A DNA stretch of 63,308 bases, the filler included, from Reticulomyxa filosa (taxonomy: Eukaryota > Protista > Foraminifera), in NCBI GenBank assembly GCA_000512085.1. It is 17 parts of 17 records of this genome, joined end to end, with 100 filler letters (N's around TTAATTAATTAA, not from the genome) between each part and the next. Parts side by side here need not be neighbours in the genome. Positions count along the whole stretch, not along the records: positions 24,762 to 26,737 come from ASPP01028286.1; positions 26,838 to 31,901 come from ASPP01005188.1; positions 32,002 to 33,161 come from ASPP01026887.1; positions 33,262 to 35,197 come from ASPP01033480.1; positions 35,298 to 37,584 come from ASPP01011179.1; positions 37,685 to 40,207 come from ASPP01002258.1; 11 more parts are not named here. One strand, given 5' to 3'. The first letter of the stretch is position 1. Each line of letters begins with the position of its first letter. Shown here one piece after another: positions 24,662 to 37,741 of this stretch. The notes under the pieces are model-generated. The model was given only the letters and a program-made list of their open reading frames with translations, ran no database searches and was not told where the DNA came from. The translations under genes were made by a program, and so were the position numbers.

Positions 24662-26837
24662 NNNNNNNNNNNNNNNNNNNNNNNNNNNNNNNNNNNNNNN
24701 NNNNNTTAATTAATTAANNNNNNNNNNNNNNNNNNNNNNNNNNNNNNNNNNNNNNNNNNNNAACTGTTACTAAATGGCAAACAAGTGTCGAAATTATTTT
24801 CCTAAGGGGCAAATGTACTCAAAGAGTTTGTTGTTTAAGGAGTTTTTTAGTAATACTTGTATTACAATTTATTTTTTACCACATACACGATATTGAATTG
24901 AATCATACATAATATGGTTGAGAATTGCTATTTCATGAATGGCAGCATAAAAATACGTGAAAACTGAGTTGGTTCAAATTTTATTGATGAAACGAATAAC
25001 ATACGCAATCAATTTTTTTATTACATACAATACATCCCAAATGTCTTTGTAAATTGATAATTGAATAGAGTTATCATTTTTTATTTCCATTTTAATGCAT
25101 TATACGCAACAATAATTAATCCTTGCTCATTAGATTTTCGCTAATTTCATAAAATCTAATGCCTCTAGCTCTTCTTTTTTAATTGACAGATCTTCAGCTC
25201 CTTTCGCTTTTGGAACATCTTCTATTTGGTGTCATTTTTTTTTTTCTTTTCTTGTATTTAAACGTAAAAATTAGATAAAAAAGATTTGTGATATAACAAG
25301 AAGGACACTTGATTGAAATCGAATAATAAAAAATATCACCGTTCTTACCGTTCACTTGATAGTTTTTTTATTAGAATCCGCGTATATACTTTTTTGAAAA
25401 GTATCCTCGTGGTATTCCACCCAATAATTAATTTTTGTTTGTTGTTGTAAAAAGGAGAAAATTATTCTCTATCATTTATTTATTTTGTTTTGCTGAAAAT
25501 ATTCTCGACAAGAGTGCCTGTCGTTACATTTACAATTTCTACACCAGAGCTTCATAGTACGCTGTCTTGGATCAAGAAAAATAATAATTTTGTTATCAGT
25601 GGACAACGCCCTACCAAAATGAGAAGGGACTTAAAAAACCATTTCAGTAACAAGTTCCTTTCGTATTACATTTAAGCCGTCCCATTTCTACAAAAGATTC
25701 TAAAATAATTTTTGACAGTTTTTCCTGGTGCGGAAAGTATCTTTCCTCTAATATGTAACTGACAATACTCAGAAGAAATTAGCTATTTAAAAGAAATTAC
25801 ACTGAACATTGGAAAGAGATGTATTCTAGGCTTTAAAAAAAGGGAAAACAAACTCTAGCGAAGCAAAGTTTGAGAAAATATGAAAAAGATAAAACACAAT
25901 TATGTATTGTTTTGAGTGATTTTGATTTGCATTTCAAATTTATATCTTTTTCTTTTTATTCATACAGAATATTGGGAAAAAATTGTTAATATTGATGAAA
26001 ATGATTTATTATTTAGTTTGCATTTCAATTTATATGCTTTGAAATCTCAAAAACGCAAATGAATTGGCTATTAGGATAGAAAAATTGAATTATTTAATGA
26101 TTGCATTTAAACCAAGTTCAGGTAACATCGTATTTCTTGTTTTTCTGGCATTTACTTTATGTCAAAAGAAGAAGAAATTAAAGTAAATGGATTAAATAAA
26201 TTGAAGGACTTGTTGTCAATTATGTTATTTTTTTAATTTAATGCCAATTAGCATATTCAAATAGCAATTTGTTGATAAGATTAATTATAGCCACTTAACA
26301 CGGTTTATACAGTTTTAATTTTGACACATTTGTCCTCCATCCAAACTACTCAATCGTTTGGTATTTTTTAACAAATTTGACAATTTTTCAAGTTTGAATA
26401 GACAGATATGTTTGTTTTTATATATTATTTTAAAAAAGAATTGAATTAAAAATAGCACTGCTGCTATCGCTTAATATCAAAATGGATTATATTTATTAGG
26501 CAGTCAATTTTCAGCAAGTAAGGAATGGTATCAAATATTCCAAAATCAGGAGTTACCAGAGTATGTGTCAAAAGATGAAAGAAATGCAAAAAATTTATAT
26601 GTTACAAAAGAAAGTGATTTTACTGAAACAATGTTAATTGGATTTATTATGCTAATCATTTTATTTTTATCTTTGCGAAAATTAATGAGCTGCTCGACTG
26701 TCAAGAGATTGTGTAATAACAAAATGATATGCTGTTTNNNNNNNNNNNNNNNNNNNNNNNNNNNNNNNNNNNNNNNNNNNNTTAATTAATTAANNNNNNN
26801 NNNNNNNNNNNNNNNNNNNNNNNNNNNNNNNNNNNNN

Positions 26838-29800
26838 TAACAGCAATTTTGAAGAAGAATAAGATGAAATACATTGCAGATATAAATGCAAAGACAAAAA
26901 CAAAATAATGAAAAAGAAAAATATATAAAAAAGACAAAGAAATAAGAATAAATAGAAAATAATATAATCAAACGAATCAAAGGAAGAAATTAACGAAGTA
27001 AATGGATTATATATTGACAATCACTTTATCACTTTGGCACAGCATAGTAATGTTGAAACAATTTGTGCGTTGGTACTGTTATATTTGGAAAAGCGGATCG
27101 GATTATAGATTATGTTTACAGTTTGTCTGTTTTTTTTTAATCATCAATCATAGTGCATATGCAGCATTGGAAAACAACAACAAACAGTTCTATTCAATAG
27201 CTTTGAAAGCATCTACAACAACTCACTTAGTGAAAATGATTTGATGAATTACTTGAACACTGCATGTAGTTTGTTTGGAAGCGAGAAGACTTATCAATTG
27301 ATTGAAAGCATCTCCACAACGAATGTAAACATGACAAAATTGTCAGAGTTGTCCAATCAAATTGTAAAAGCCTTTTGATCCAAGTTAACCAAAAACATTA
27401 TTTTCGAATCACATTCAATCAACACACAAATGGATACACAAATAAATAACAAAGAAATGAACATTGCGAATTCACAATTAGTGTATCGCAATTTGTTCGT
27501 TATGTTGAACATATGCAAAAAAACAAGTGCAAATAACAATGCAGAAATATCCGGATTTGCTCTTCAAAAGTATTTCTCAATTTACCGTGGTCAGTGTTAG
27601 TATTGTATCCTTCTCAAGCCAGTTACGAAAGGACAGCTATGTGAGATTGCATGCGCATTGACAGATACAAAATAAGAATTGATTGCCTAGTCTATGTTAT
27701 GTCATAACGATACATACATACACACATGGTCATAGACAATTATCTTGGACGCATTCAGCGACTAAATGAAAGAAAAAGATTATCAAGAGCACTTTGATGA
27801 AGATAGATAGTGAGAATAGTTTGAAGGCATTTCAAATGACTGGATTTCTTGTCTTCCAAAAGAAAAAACAATCTGCAATGAATATCCGGAAATTTTACAT
27901 GTACGGTATTCCTTCAGTAGCTATGCCTTGACTGTAAAATCGTAAAGGACCACATAATTCGGTCTGTCCAGAAGAAGCAAGTTCCAAAAATGATGGAAAT
28001 ATTGTAGATATGATTTCTGAGTTGGTTATTTGATTGACAGTTATATTATGATTGAATATGGAAATGCAAAAGTAATCCAGAAATAAAAAATGAATTTTCT
28101 GCTCTATTCATCCAAATGAAAATCAAAAAAGACTATCATGAAGGCAAACAAGTTAATTGAAAGAAATCGTGTAAAATACAAAAACGTCCAATTGATCGGA
28201 TGTATATTTAATACTTATTCATCATTTCCACTCAGAGATATTCACGAGAAATTTAATACAATAATGTAGAGAAATTGAAAATGATATTATTGTTAAAATT
28301 CGAAAGCAATTGGTGGAAGCACGTTAGAAAGTGGATACTTGGCGTTCATGGTACATGCTTGATGAAGAAATAAAGGAAAGTGAAAAAGACATTTCATATA
28401 AATTGGAAGTTATCATAATCGTAGACAGCAAAAATGCGAACAATATTAATCAATTTTTGAAGGAAAGTACAGCCAATCAACTATCTTTTTTTTAAAACAA
28501 AGTCGTCGCAATTGCGCAAGACATGACTTCATGCATAGAGCAGAAATGAACCAATGAAGATACAAAGATGGCATTGCAAAATTTAAAAGATTTACATCAT
28601 TTGAAAAAGTCGATATGTATACAAATATCCGATCTCGACAGTTGTTTCAAAACAAAAAATGGTGGCCAGTTTTGATACATTTAATCGTTGTGAACAACTT
28701 GAAAAAGCGTTGGACTTGATCATTGAATGCACGGTTTTTAAGAAAAAATCAGTAATTGGACAAAAAAAACTTCAAATGGTTTTACGACGTTACAAAATAA
28801 ATACAAAACCAATTTTGATCAAAAGAATTTACATGATTTACAAAAGGTATTGGACTTCCTTTTTACAAAAATTAATATTATCTGATGTATGGACATATAT
28901 TCGGAAGCAAACATTACTATCAATACAAAGACAGTCAGTAATTAATTTTCAACGAATTCACCATCAAAACGAAACGATACTGAACGACAAACTCGACTTT
29001 GTGCAGCAAATATCTCAATTCAAAAGCGTTGAGAAACTCGAACATTGTTCAAAAAAATTAGAAAATGATGAAAATCTAAAAATGATATTATTTGAAAATA
29101 ACAATTTTAAAAGAAAGGAATGACTCGAAAAATCAAAGAAAGCATGGAGAAAGTCAACTCAAAAGTCACGACGATGATGATGATGCTAAAAAAAAAAGAT
29201 AATGGAGCAATCAGAGATTTAATAACAGTGTGGAAACAAGATTGCAAAACTCGGCCAGGTCCTTGACGTGATGATAATCAATCATGATCATTTTTGGAGG
29301 GAATTGATAAATTTGTATGAAAATCTGGACAAATTCAACAAAAAAGATAACATAGATTCAGACTTGTTTGAGATGATGTATTCCGCATATCACAAAGATG
29401 ATCACAATGACAACGATAGAAATCTGCTTTCCTTCTGTGTTATATCAATTTAGTATTCCAGAACAAGTGCGAAACAAAATTTCCAGTGAAGCATTGACGT
29501 CAGTAGTTAAGCATATTGGAAGTGGTGTCACGTTACAATGATGTATTGAATCTGGGATTTCCATTAAAGAAATTAATGACAGAATGAAATTTTAAAGATT
29601 GTCAATAAAATCACAAATAAACACATCGAAAGTAATGAAAGGAAAAATAGATGAAATTATTCAACTGGATCAAGAAAGGCTGACCTTAACATTTTGGGCA
29701 GGTTTTGTTTTCATTTCTCCTAAATCTTTGTCAAATGATAAGAAAAACAAAAAAAAATAGTTGAATTGAGACAAAATTCTTAGTGGAACAAGCATTGGAG

Positions 29801-30960
29801 TTTAAAGTGTATCGATTAGACAAAACAATATTGCCTCGAACGTTTTGTGTATATGTATATTTGTATATATTGTTAATATAAGCACAAATATATACTAATT
29901 TTTTTTTAAAAAAATCCAATAGCGAATTAGGGTTAACGAACGTATCGATACAATACATTTACAATCGAGCGGGCGGATGTCGACAACTGGTGGAGTACTT
30001 GCCGTGGCATCGCAACTTATGCAAGAGCTTATACTTGCTATTGAAAGACGACATGTATTGACTGCTGCAGCAGATAGCGATGCGGAAGAAGACGACGGTG
30101 CGCAAGAAGATGAACATAGTGGACTACCAAACGCCGATAGCGTTGTACTTCATCAGCATTGTGTTCGTGCACGACCTGATAGCGCAAAAGATTGCCTCAA
30201 TAAGTGACCACTACGCGGCGAAGAAATAATAATAACAGTGGAAATAATGCTGGCAACCAAAAAAAAACTACAACATATTATTTGAATTCGGTACAATCTC
30301 CCGCTGCACTCGGTGTACGAATTGAGTCTATATACGCATAATGGCAATGCGTTTCGCCGTCGCAACAAACAGAAAGCGCAAAACTTTCTGCGATTATGTC
30401 GCTCTCGTACACATTGTCAAAGAGCGAAGAGTAACTTGACGGCAATGGGCTTGTACTTGCTGAAACGCTGGCTCAAGTGTCAAAAAAAGTGGATTGCAAC
30501 GATGAAAAAAGAAAAGCGTCAGGTGAAAGAAAAAAAAGACACTTTGGGCAATGAAAACGGAAAAGACAAAGACAACGAACATAAAATCAATGCCATTCAA
30601 AATTAACAAGAAGAAATGAATCGCAAAAAATCGTATCTAAACCATTGAATCGAAATTACATGAAAAAAATTTGCTGAAACGTTGTATGAAACATTTACGA
30701 GCCAAAGTGCTGCTTGTGACTTGGTCGTAATGTGGGAAAAAAGATTCTAAGTAATCAAAGAACTCGCGATGATAGGCTTTGACGAGCCCACAAATATTGA
30801 CGCTGATGAAACCAAAAAGCTGGAAAAAATAGTTAAAAACGCCCAAAGATGCCGATGAAGAAATGCAAAAACGATTGGAAGAATGAGACAAACGCAACAA
30901 AAAGTGTGAGGAATTGGGCCTAAAAGAGATAGTGGCTTTGAACTTGGTAAAAAGAAACTA
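26838..30960 (+). pseudogene. Long decayed coding relic(s), family not recognised
   Basis: Purine-rich, codon-like plus-strand sequence broken into short K/E-rich ORFs (28659-29123, 29268-29453, 29977-30207, 30313-30606). Confidence 0.3.
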
Positions 30961-32001
30961 GTATGTGAGCAACATAGTTACATATATAATTTAAGACTCA
31001 ATTATCAAACAAACAACGTTGATAGAAACACTGTACCAAGGCTTGCAATTGTAATTTTTATGGAAAAAAACTCAAATCACCAACTCTTGCTCAATTTAAA
31101 GGAATTGATATTATGATCAGACCTCAAGATTTTTCAAACGGCTTTTTTTTAAAGAAATAATAGAAAATCGAAATTGTATTTAATGGATTATCTCTACTTC
31201 ATCATAGCGAGTTATAATAACACTATAACAATCGACAATACAAATGATAGTTGGCAGCGATAGTAAACGCAATATAACATTTGCATTCGACAGCAGACAC
31301 ACATTACGGGAGTTGTTTAAAATGACTTCCCATAATGAGAAAGAGATAGAGAAGATGATTGATAATAGTGATAAAAAGATCCTCATATTGAACTGGAAAA
31401 AAAAAATATTGTCTAACAAAATGAAAGAATATATCCAAAAAAAACTCTCTATAAGCAATGTATAATTTCAAAGAATAACAATCAAATCATTCGAAGATAT
31501 TATTGAAAAAATACTATCATAAAAATAGTCGTTGATGGCAACTACATTGTTATTAGTAGATTGCTATGTTTTTTTTTAAGTTAAAATTAACAAATCTTCA
31601 ATTTGTGCTTGAAAATTTTCTTTAAACATGTATTGACCTTGATCCTGTGGATGACAATATTGCAAAACGTGTCAACTTGCTTTTTTGTACTTCTCTTTAA
31701 AAATAATTAATATTTGTTTCTGCACGAAAGATAACATAATAATAAAGCAATCTTTTCTTTCAATTTTTTTTTTTTTTAATATTCAACATGGGCGTTTGGG
31801 TGCGTACCATGATATCTTCCATTGCCATCAAGTTTGTCATTTTCTGTGGGACGACCGAGGAGGATTCACTCATGTCAACGTGATATCTTATGACATTGCC
31901 GNNNNNNNNNNNNNNNNNNNNNNNNNNNNNNNNNNNNNNNNNNNNTTAATTAATTAANNNNNNNNNNNNNNNNNNNNNNNNNNNNNNNNNNNNNNNNNNN
32001 N

Positions 32002-33161
32002 TTCTGATTCGGCCAAGGCACGACGGATCTTGGACCACGAATCTTCGGGCATGCTTGGGATGTAGCCCTTCAAAAACACTTCTGGGCTGAGCATTAGCAT
32101 TTTGAATGGGTTATCTGTTTTTTTAAATAGAAAAATGAATTTTTTTTTTTTTGTAAATTCAATTGCATGTGGAGAAGGAAAATCCTAATTTATTAACTTT
32201 TCATAGTTTGTTGTATTCCCAGAAAATGAATGCACAGCTTGCCAATAGCGGCGTGAATGGGACTCTTCATCAGTGTAAACTTCCGAGAAGTGACCATTTT
32301 CCAAAAGTTTTGCTCCACATCGGTGTTAAGAATATTACATCCCAATATGTATGATTCCAATTCTAGTCATATTCACAATTATTTGCAAACATCTTTTAAA
32401 GTCAAGTTATTATATACACATATATGTATTTTGCATAGATATAGTAATATCAACTGCTTAAAGAAGCATCACCAAGTCTTATTGCAATTGACGATGCAGC
32501 GGCCAACAATGGCGTGAAATCTTGTTTGCCGCTATACTCTGTGTCAATATCTCCTTTCTTCAAACTTGAAATAATTTGCGTTCGAAACTGACTGTAAGTG
32601 TCTATGTCCTTGTCTTTGAATACTCCAATGAATGGATCAAAGGAGCAAAGAAGTGGATCGCAAAAATCAAGTTTCGAGAAAACTCACTCAATTCGTCTTT
32701 TTCAAAGATTGGGAATTTTGATCGAACATGTTTGTGTGTGATCAGTGCTTGAGTCCAGTCCATGCCCTTCAATTGGTACAATTGTTTCAAAAACCAAATG
32801 TGTAAACTGTACTCTAACTTTTTGTCTTCATTGGCAAATTGCGACAAAAGGGATACACATTCATCAAGTCTCTTAAATAATTCATTAGTTTCCTTCGAAA
32901 TCCATCAAATCCACATTTGCGGCAATCCAATAAGTATGCTTGGTCAAAAGCGCTTTGAGTTTGGAGATCTTTTCGATGACTCTGTTATTTTCGAGCATAT
33001 TGACATTCAAGTCGACAGTAGTTGTTGAATCCAAGTAAATCCGTTCCAATACGCGATTCAACAGCAAAGCCTCTGGACTATCCAAATCCATCGTCTTGTC
33101 TATCCATTGATTTCTAGCCATTTCCTCCAATCGTTGCAGCTTCACCATTGCAATTCCATTT
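32002..33161 (-). CDS. RNF213/mysterin-like giant E3 ligase, internal fragment just upstream of the expected RZ finger (contains ~2 frameshifts)
   Basis: Colinear motifs LHIWFLKQLYQLKGMDWTQAL, DPFIGV...YSQFRTQI, IGKLCIHFLG and NPFKMLMLSPEVFLKGYIPSMPED resemble the recalled RNF213 segments ending in FLPTMPED. One-base shifts near 32890 and 32680 fall beside short T runs. Confidence 0.6.
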
Positions 33162-35297
33162 NNNNNNNNNNNNNNNNNNNNNNNNNNNNNNNNNNNNNNN
33201 NNNNNTTAATTAATTAANNNNNNNNNNNNNNNNNNNNNNNNNNNNNNNNNNNNNNNNNNNNACGATAATAACCAGCTCACTATTTTCAATTCATCATGAA
33301 CCACACTACACGATATGGACTTCTAATTTTTTTTTTCCAAACTATGCATTATTCAAAACGCAATAACATGATCCATATTTAATCATTAATCGATATTTGT
33401 TCAATGATGAACAAATAGATTTATTGGAAGAATGATAGGCACGTGCGTTGTGTGTGACTTCCATGATTTGATATATTGTGTGTTCCATCAGCAACAATTC
33501 GATCATGATGTTGCCACTTTTGCTTTCGTGTATGCAATCATCGATATTGCTGAGGCTGCTGTCACAATTACCATTATCGCCAGAAACTCGTTGCAGCACC
33601 AATGATAATATAAACAGCAAAAACGTGTCCATCATCATTCCAAAACTTCGTTGATACACCTTGGAATATCTGTTAAAATATTTCAAGCAACACATATCAC
33701 ATACATAAAAATAAATAACCAATATACGTATAAATATGTGGTGTGTTATTAGTTATTGAATATGTACATATATTAAAAAAAAAAAGTATATATAAAAAAC
33801 TTTTTAAAGTAATGGACCCAAACACAATCACAACAACAGGTAACAGAAACTTGGAACAGGTACACATAAATGACCAACCAAATACTGTGTGGAAAAGGAG
33901 ATGGGAGGGGTCTAGACTGCTGACATAAAATGTTGTTCAGCAGGATCCAGCGCCACCAACACATTGCCAATATCCAAAATTTTTTCTTGATTCGCTAAAT
34001 AATGGAACGATTTTTGAATGGTCAATCCAATTATCGGCTGACACGATTGATGTTGTTACTTTTTGTAACAAATGTGCAATAGCATTAGCTTCTCATTGCG
34101 CATCAAATTAAATTGTGGGATAAAGCAGCGGTACCCAAATATCGGCAAGCACAATACCAGTCCAATGGATTAAAATAATTGACAAAAAAGTAAAAGAGAA
34201 CGTGGACTGTGTTTCGTTGTTACCATCATAAGTATCACTGGAGCCTGCGCTTGACATCGCCACACCCATCAAGAAGCTTCTATTGAGGATGCGCTATGTA
34301 AAAATAGTCCATGAATAGGAGCGCGCAAAGCCGCCACTTGCAATGTGAAGAGCCATTTTATAACGAAAGTAAAGTTGACATAATGTCTTTTTTTACTTTT
34401 TAAAACAAATCCAACACGGTATCCTCCAAATATTCTTTTATTCTTTATCATCATCCCCTTCATACTATCTTCATTCTCTTGTTTGCTTGTGATACCGCAA
34501 TATTGATATCGTTTCGTTTCCATTTTGTGCGATATTATCACACCTTTTTTCTTCTTGACAAACTTGACTTCGTAGTCGAATAGCGCCAAGATCCAGATCG
34601 TCGGCGATTAAACTGTGAGAATTTTTTTCATCGGTTCCAATGGCATACTAAATTCATTCGTTCTCGTCGCCCTTTTGATAGGAGACATACTTTGGCCTTG
34701 GATAATGGTCGTTGCTGGAAATTTCTCGCATCCATTTCCATGCGTCCATTCAACAATTTTTGGATTGACGATACATGAGGAGGGTACCATTTGTATTTTT
34801 TTTTTCATTTTTTGACGTACTATTCTTTATTGCTTTCTTGAGTGCCATCCAACACGTCGCCCGTGATCAATATCCGATCCTGGAGGTAGTTCGGTAAAGA
34901 TAATAGGCGTTTGTTCGACAAACGCAAGACACAACTCTTGCAGCGATGGATTGGAAAATGCAACAAGCTCTTCACCGATCAACAATGTTCAAGATTTCTA
35001 CCATCAGTATACGCACGATTTATAAATCTAAATTTGCGAATGTGCGTGCATACACGACCAGTTTCGGTGCGAGTGCTCAATCTCTGCGTTAACAAAAGTT
35101 AGCGCCATTTCCATAACGACCAAGTGTTCCTTATTCGTTGGCGCCGATGGATCGCAGTTCGACTCTTTCTTTTGTGCTGTATCGCGCCAACAATTATNNN
35201 NNNNNNNNNNNNNNNNNNNNNNNNNNNNNNNNNNNNNNNNNTTAATTAATTAANNNNNNNNNNNNNNNNNNNNNNNNNNNNNNNNNNNNNNNNNNNN

Positions 35298-36044
35298 CAT
35301 TCACATGAAAGAAGAGAAGAAAGTGAAATGGAATTATATTGTGGATTGAAAAATGTGAGATTGGAGAATATTAAAGAAATAAAGTTTGGATTTTTCATAA
35401 GTCATGTAAGTACTTCTGATGACATTCAAGTCGCACAAACGTTTAGAAGTGCTCAAGGATGTATTTTACATTTTCATCCTTCTATGAGAAGATCAAATCA
35501 AATTCCTAGTTGTGATGCATCATGGATATCTCCATTTAAACGTGAACGTGAAATTTTATTTTCAAGATCTAGCATAAACTCTTTTTTTGATGAGAAAATA
35601 TATAAAGAAGAGCATTCATGGAATGCAAAAGTAGAGAGTGAAGATGAATATACACAAATTATATTATTAACGTGGACACTGTATGATCAGTATATCCAAC
35701 AAACTATGCAAATAAGCGCAATGTGGGACCATGTTATTGATTTAAATCTTATTTTTTCTGTACTTATTGGTCATTCTAATAGAGATATCAATGAAGCATT
35801 TAAAATATTATTTGAATTTGAAGAATGGAAAATTAGAGATAACAATCAACAAAAATACAAAGAAAAAACAAGCGAGTTTTTGAAACAACGCTGTTGCAAT
35901 CACAATGTCAATTTGTTTTGTATGTTTCTTTCTGAAAAGCTCAAAAAAGCTGATATTGGACTTGCAATTATATATACTGCAGTCAATGGTTTACCATTTG
36001 TTGAAAAGGATAAAGAAGCATTGATAAAAAACAAAATATGTTGA
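35298..36044 (+). CDS. ADP-ribosyltransferase-like protein (R-S-E class fold) with a C-terminal helical, possibly UBA-like, region; 5' truncated
   Basis: Frame is open from the contig start. LYCG (35334), STS (35409) and ISPFKREREILF (E-x-E at 35544-35552) occur in canonical ART order and spacing. Confidence 0.7.
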   Translation, partial: HSHERREESEMELYCGLKNVRLENIKEIKFGFFISHVSTSDDIQVAQTFRSAQGCILHFHPSMRRSNQIPSCDASWISPFKREREILFSRSSINSFFDEKIYKEEHSWNAKVESEDEYTQIILLTWTLYDQYIQQTMQISAMWDHVIDLNLIFSVLIGHSNRDINEAFKILFEFEEWKIRDNNQQKYKEKTSEFLKQRCCNHNVNLFCMFLSEKLKKADIGLAIIYTAVNGLPFVEKDKEALIKNKIC

Positions 36045-36880
36045 ATTTGTGAAAATAAAAGTTGCTTATAACTAAATTACTTGTTGCCATTCACCAAAGC
36101 AAAAACGACATTTTGATTTTATTTGAAAAGATGAAATTCACACAAATCAAAATAATTGTTGAATGACAGGATACTCTACAACAATATTTGTAACTTCATT
36201 TCGAAAATTTTCAGAATAAAACTCTTCTCTAAATAATAGATAATTATTTAAATTTATGTATAGATATTACCAAATAGTCTTGCGCTTGCTACTATTAAGA
36301 ATCCATTGGCAATTGTTTCTTTTCATTTGTAGTTTATTATCTCGATACATATATTTTATCTCCAATGTATGTTTTTGAAATCACCAAATTGTGAACCTAC
36401 AAAAAATAACAATTCCTTGTAAATACTCTCCAAAAATGATTATGAACAAAAAAAGCATCAAAATAATCTTTTAATTGACCTTTTTTTGTTATAAAAATCG
36501 TTTTGACAGCTTTTTTCGAAAATACCTTGGGATGGATGATAGTAAAACTATTTTATTTGAAGTAATTTCAAACGTTTCTTTTTTTTTAGTAAAATATCAA
36601 TATATGATAGATCTTTATACAAGGTATTGCATTAAATTATTATAAAGGGCTGATTTCTACACAAGCCAGACATAACAATTGTAACTATTTGCAATTGTTG
36701 GTAACGAAGCGTTGTTACAACTCCACATTGTAACGCTTAGCTTTAAAGGATTTTTCTTCTTTTTTTTCTCCTCTTGTTGATCACCAAGTTCTGAAAACTT
36801 GGTTCATCATGCTTCGAAAGAAAATAGCCAGATTGGTCTAAGATGGCGTTTTTTGGCAACTTTTTTACTTGTTTCAATAA

Positions 36881-37584
36881 ATGAATTTTTTGGCAGATTT
36901 TGTAGTCTCACCAGCCTTTTCAGAGCAAGGTAGTGCAAAGCTATTGATTGGTCCCGAAATTGTGCCATGTGCAAAAGATTATGAACTAAAACCATCTGTC
37001 CATAGCAGAACAGTAGCGTCCATTGGGATAAGAGTAGACAATGCAAATGCTGTCACCGACCAAAATTGTTCAAGCCTGCCAATCGGCTTTCCGCGCAGTG
37101 TGCCAAGCACAAGCCGATTGGCATATATGTGCAGCAAACTTCATTCTTTTAGTCCTCTTTTTTTGAACTGCACCGAAGCGAAAGATCCCAAGGAGTGCTA
37201 TTCGTGCATTCCACCATGGGGCGGCCCACAATGGGCGAAAGTGCTGACCGTGCATTTCCGAGAGAAAGAAAAGGAGAGCAGAGCTGCAAGGACAAAGGAA
37301 TTGGAGGAGTTGATCCGAAAAAATCTGAGTCTTTCTGAAGACGAACAAACTGTTGTATTAATGGTTGTCAATAAGGGGTATCTGTACTTATTCCTTAATT
37401 TTGTTTGCGTACTTGAAAGTCTGCTGACTCCAGCCGAAGCTATCGCGGTCAAGCGGAGCTGTATTGTCGTCACCACGGATGAAGACTCATACATCCGCGT
37501 CACACGAGCTGGTTTTCCCGCTCTTCGATCGCTTTGGCTCACAGAGAGTGATATTAGAATGGTATATATACCATATAAAAAAAA
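36881..37584 (+). CDS. Nucleotide-diphospho-sugar transferase (GT77-like) protein, N-terminal part, 3' truncated
   Basis: TVVLMVVNKGYLYLFLNFVC...IVVTTDEDSY...G matches the first strands and helices of the Nucleotid_trans family. The DxD region lies outside the contig. Confidence 0.55.
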
Positions 37585-37741
37585 NNNNNNNNNNNNNNNN
37601 NNNNNNNNNNNNNNNNNNNNNNNNNNNNTTAATTAATTAANNNNNNNNNNNNNNNNNNNNNNNNNNNNNNNNNNNNNNNNNNNNATGGAAAGTTTTTGTT
37701 GAAAGGTTAGAAAGTGGTTTTGTTTTTTTTTGCAAAAAGAA

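Noticed and set aside
33262-35197. Minus-strand coding-like fragments
   Set aside because: Frames are broken and no family motif is recognisable. It may be a relic but cannot be supported as a feature.
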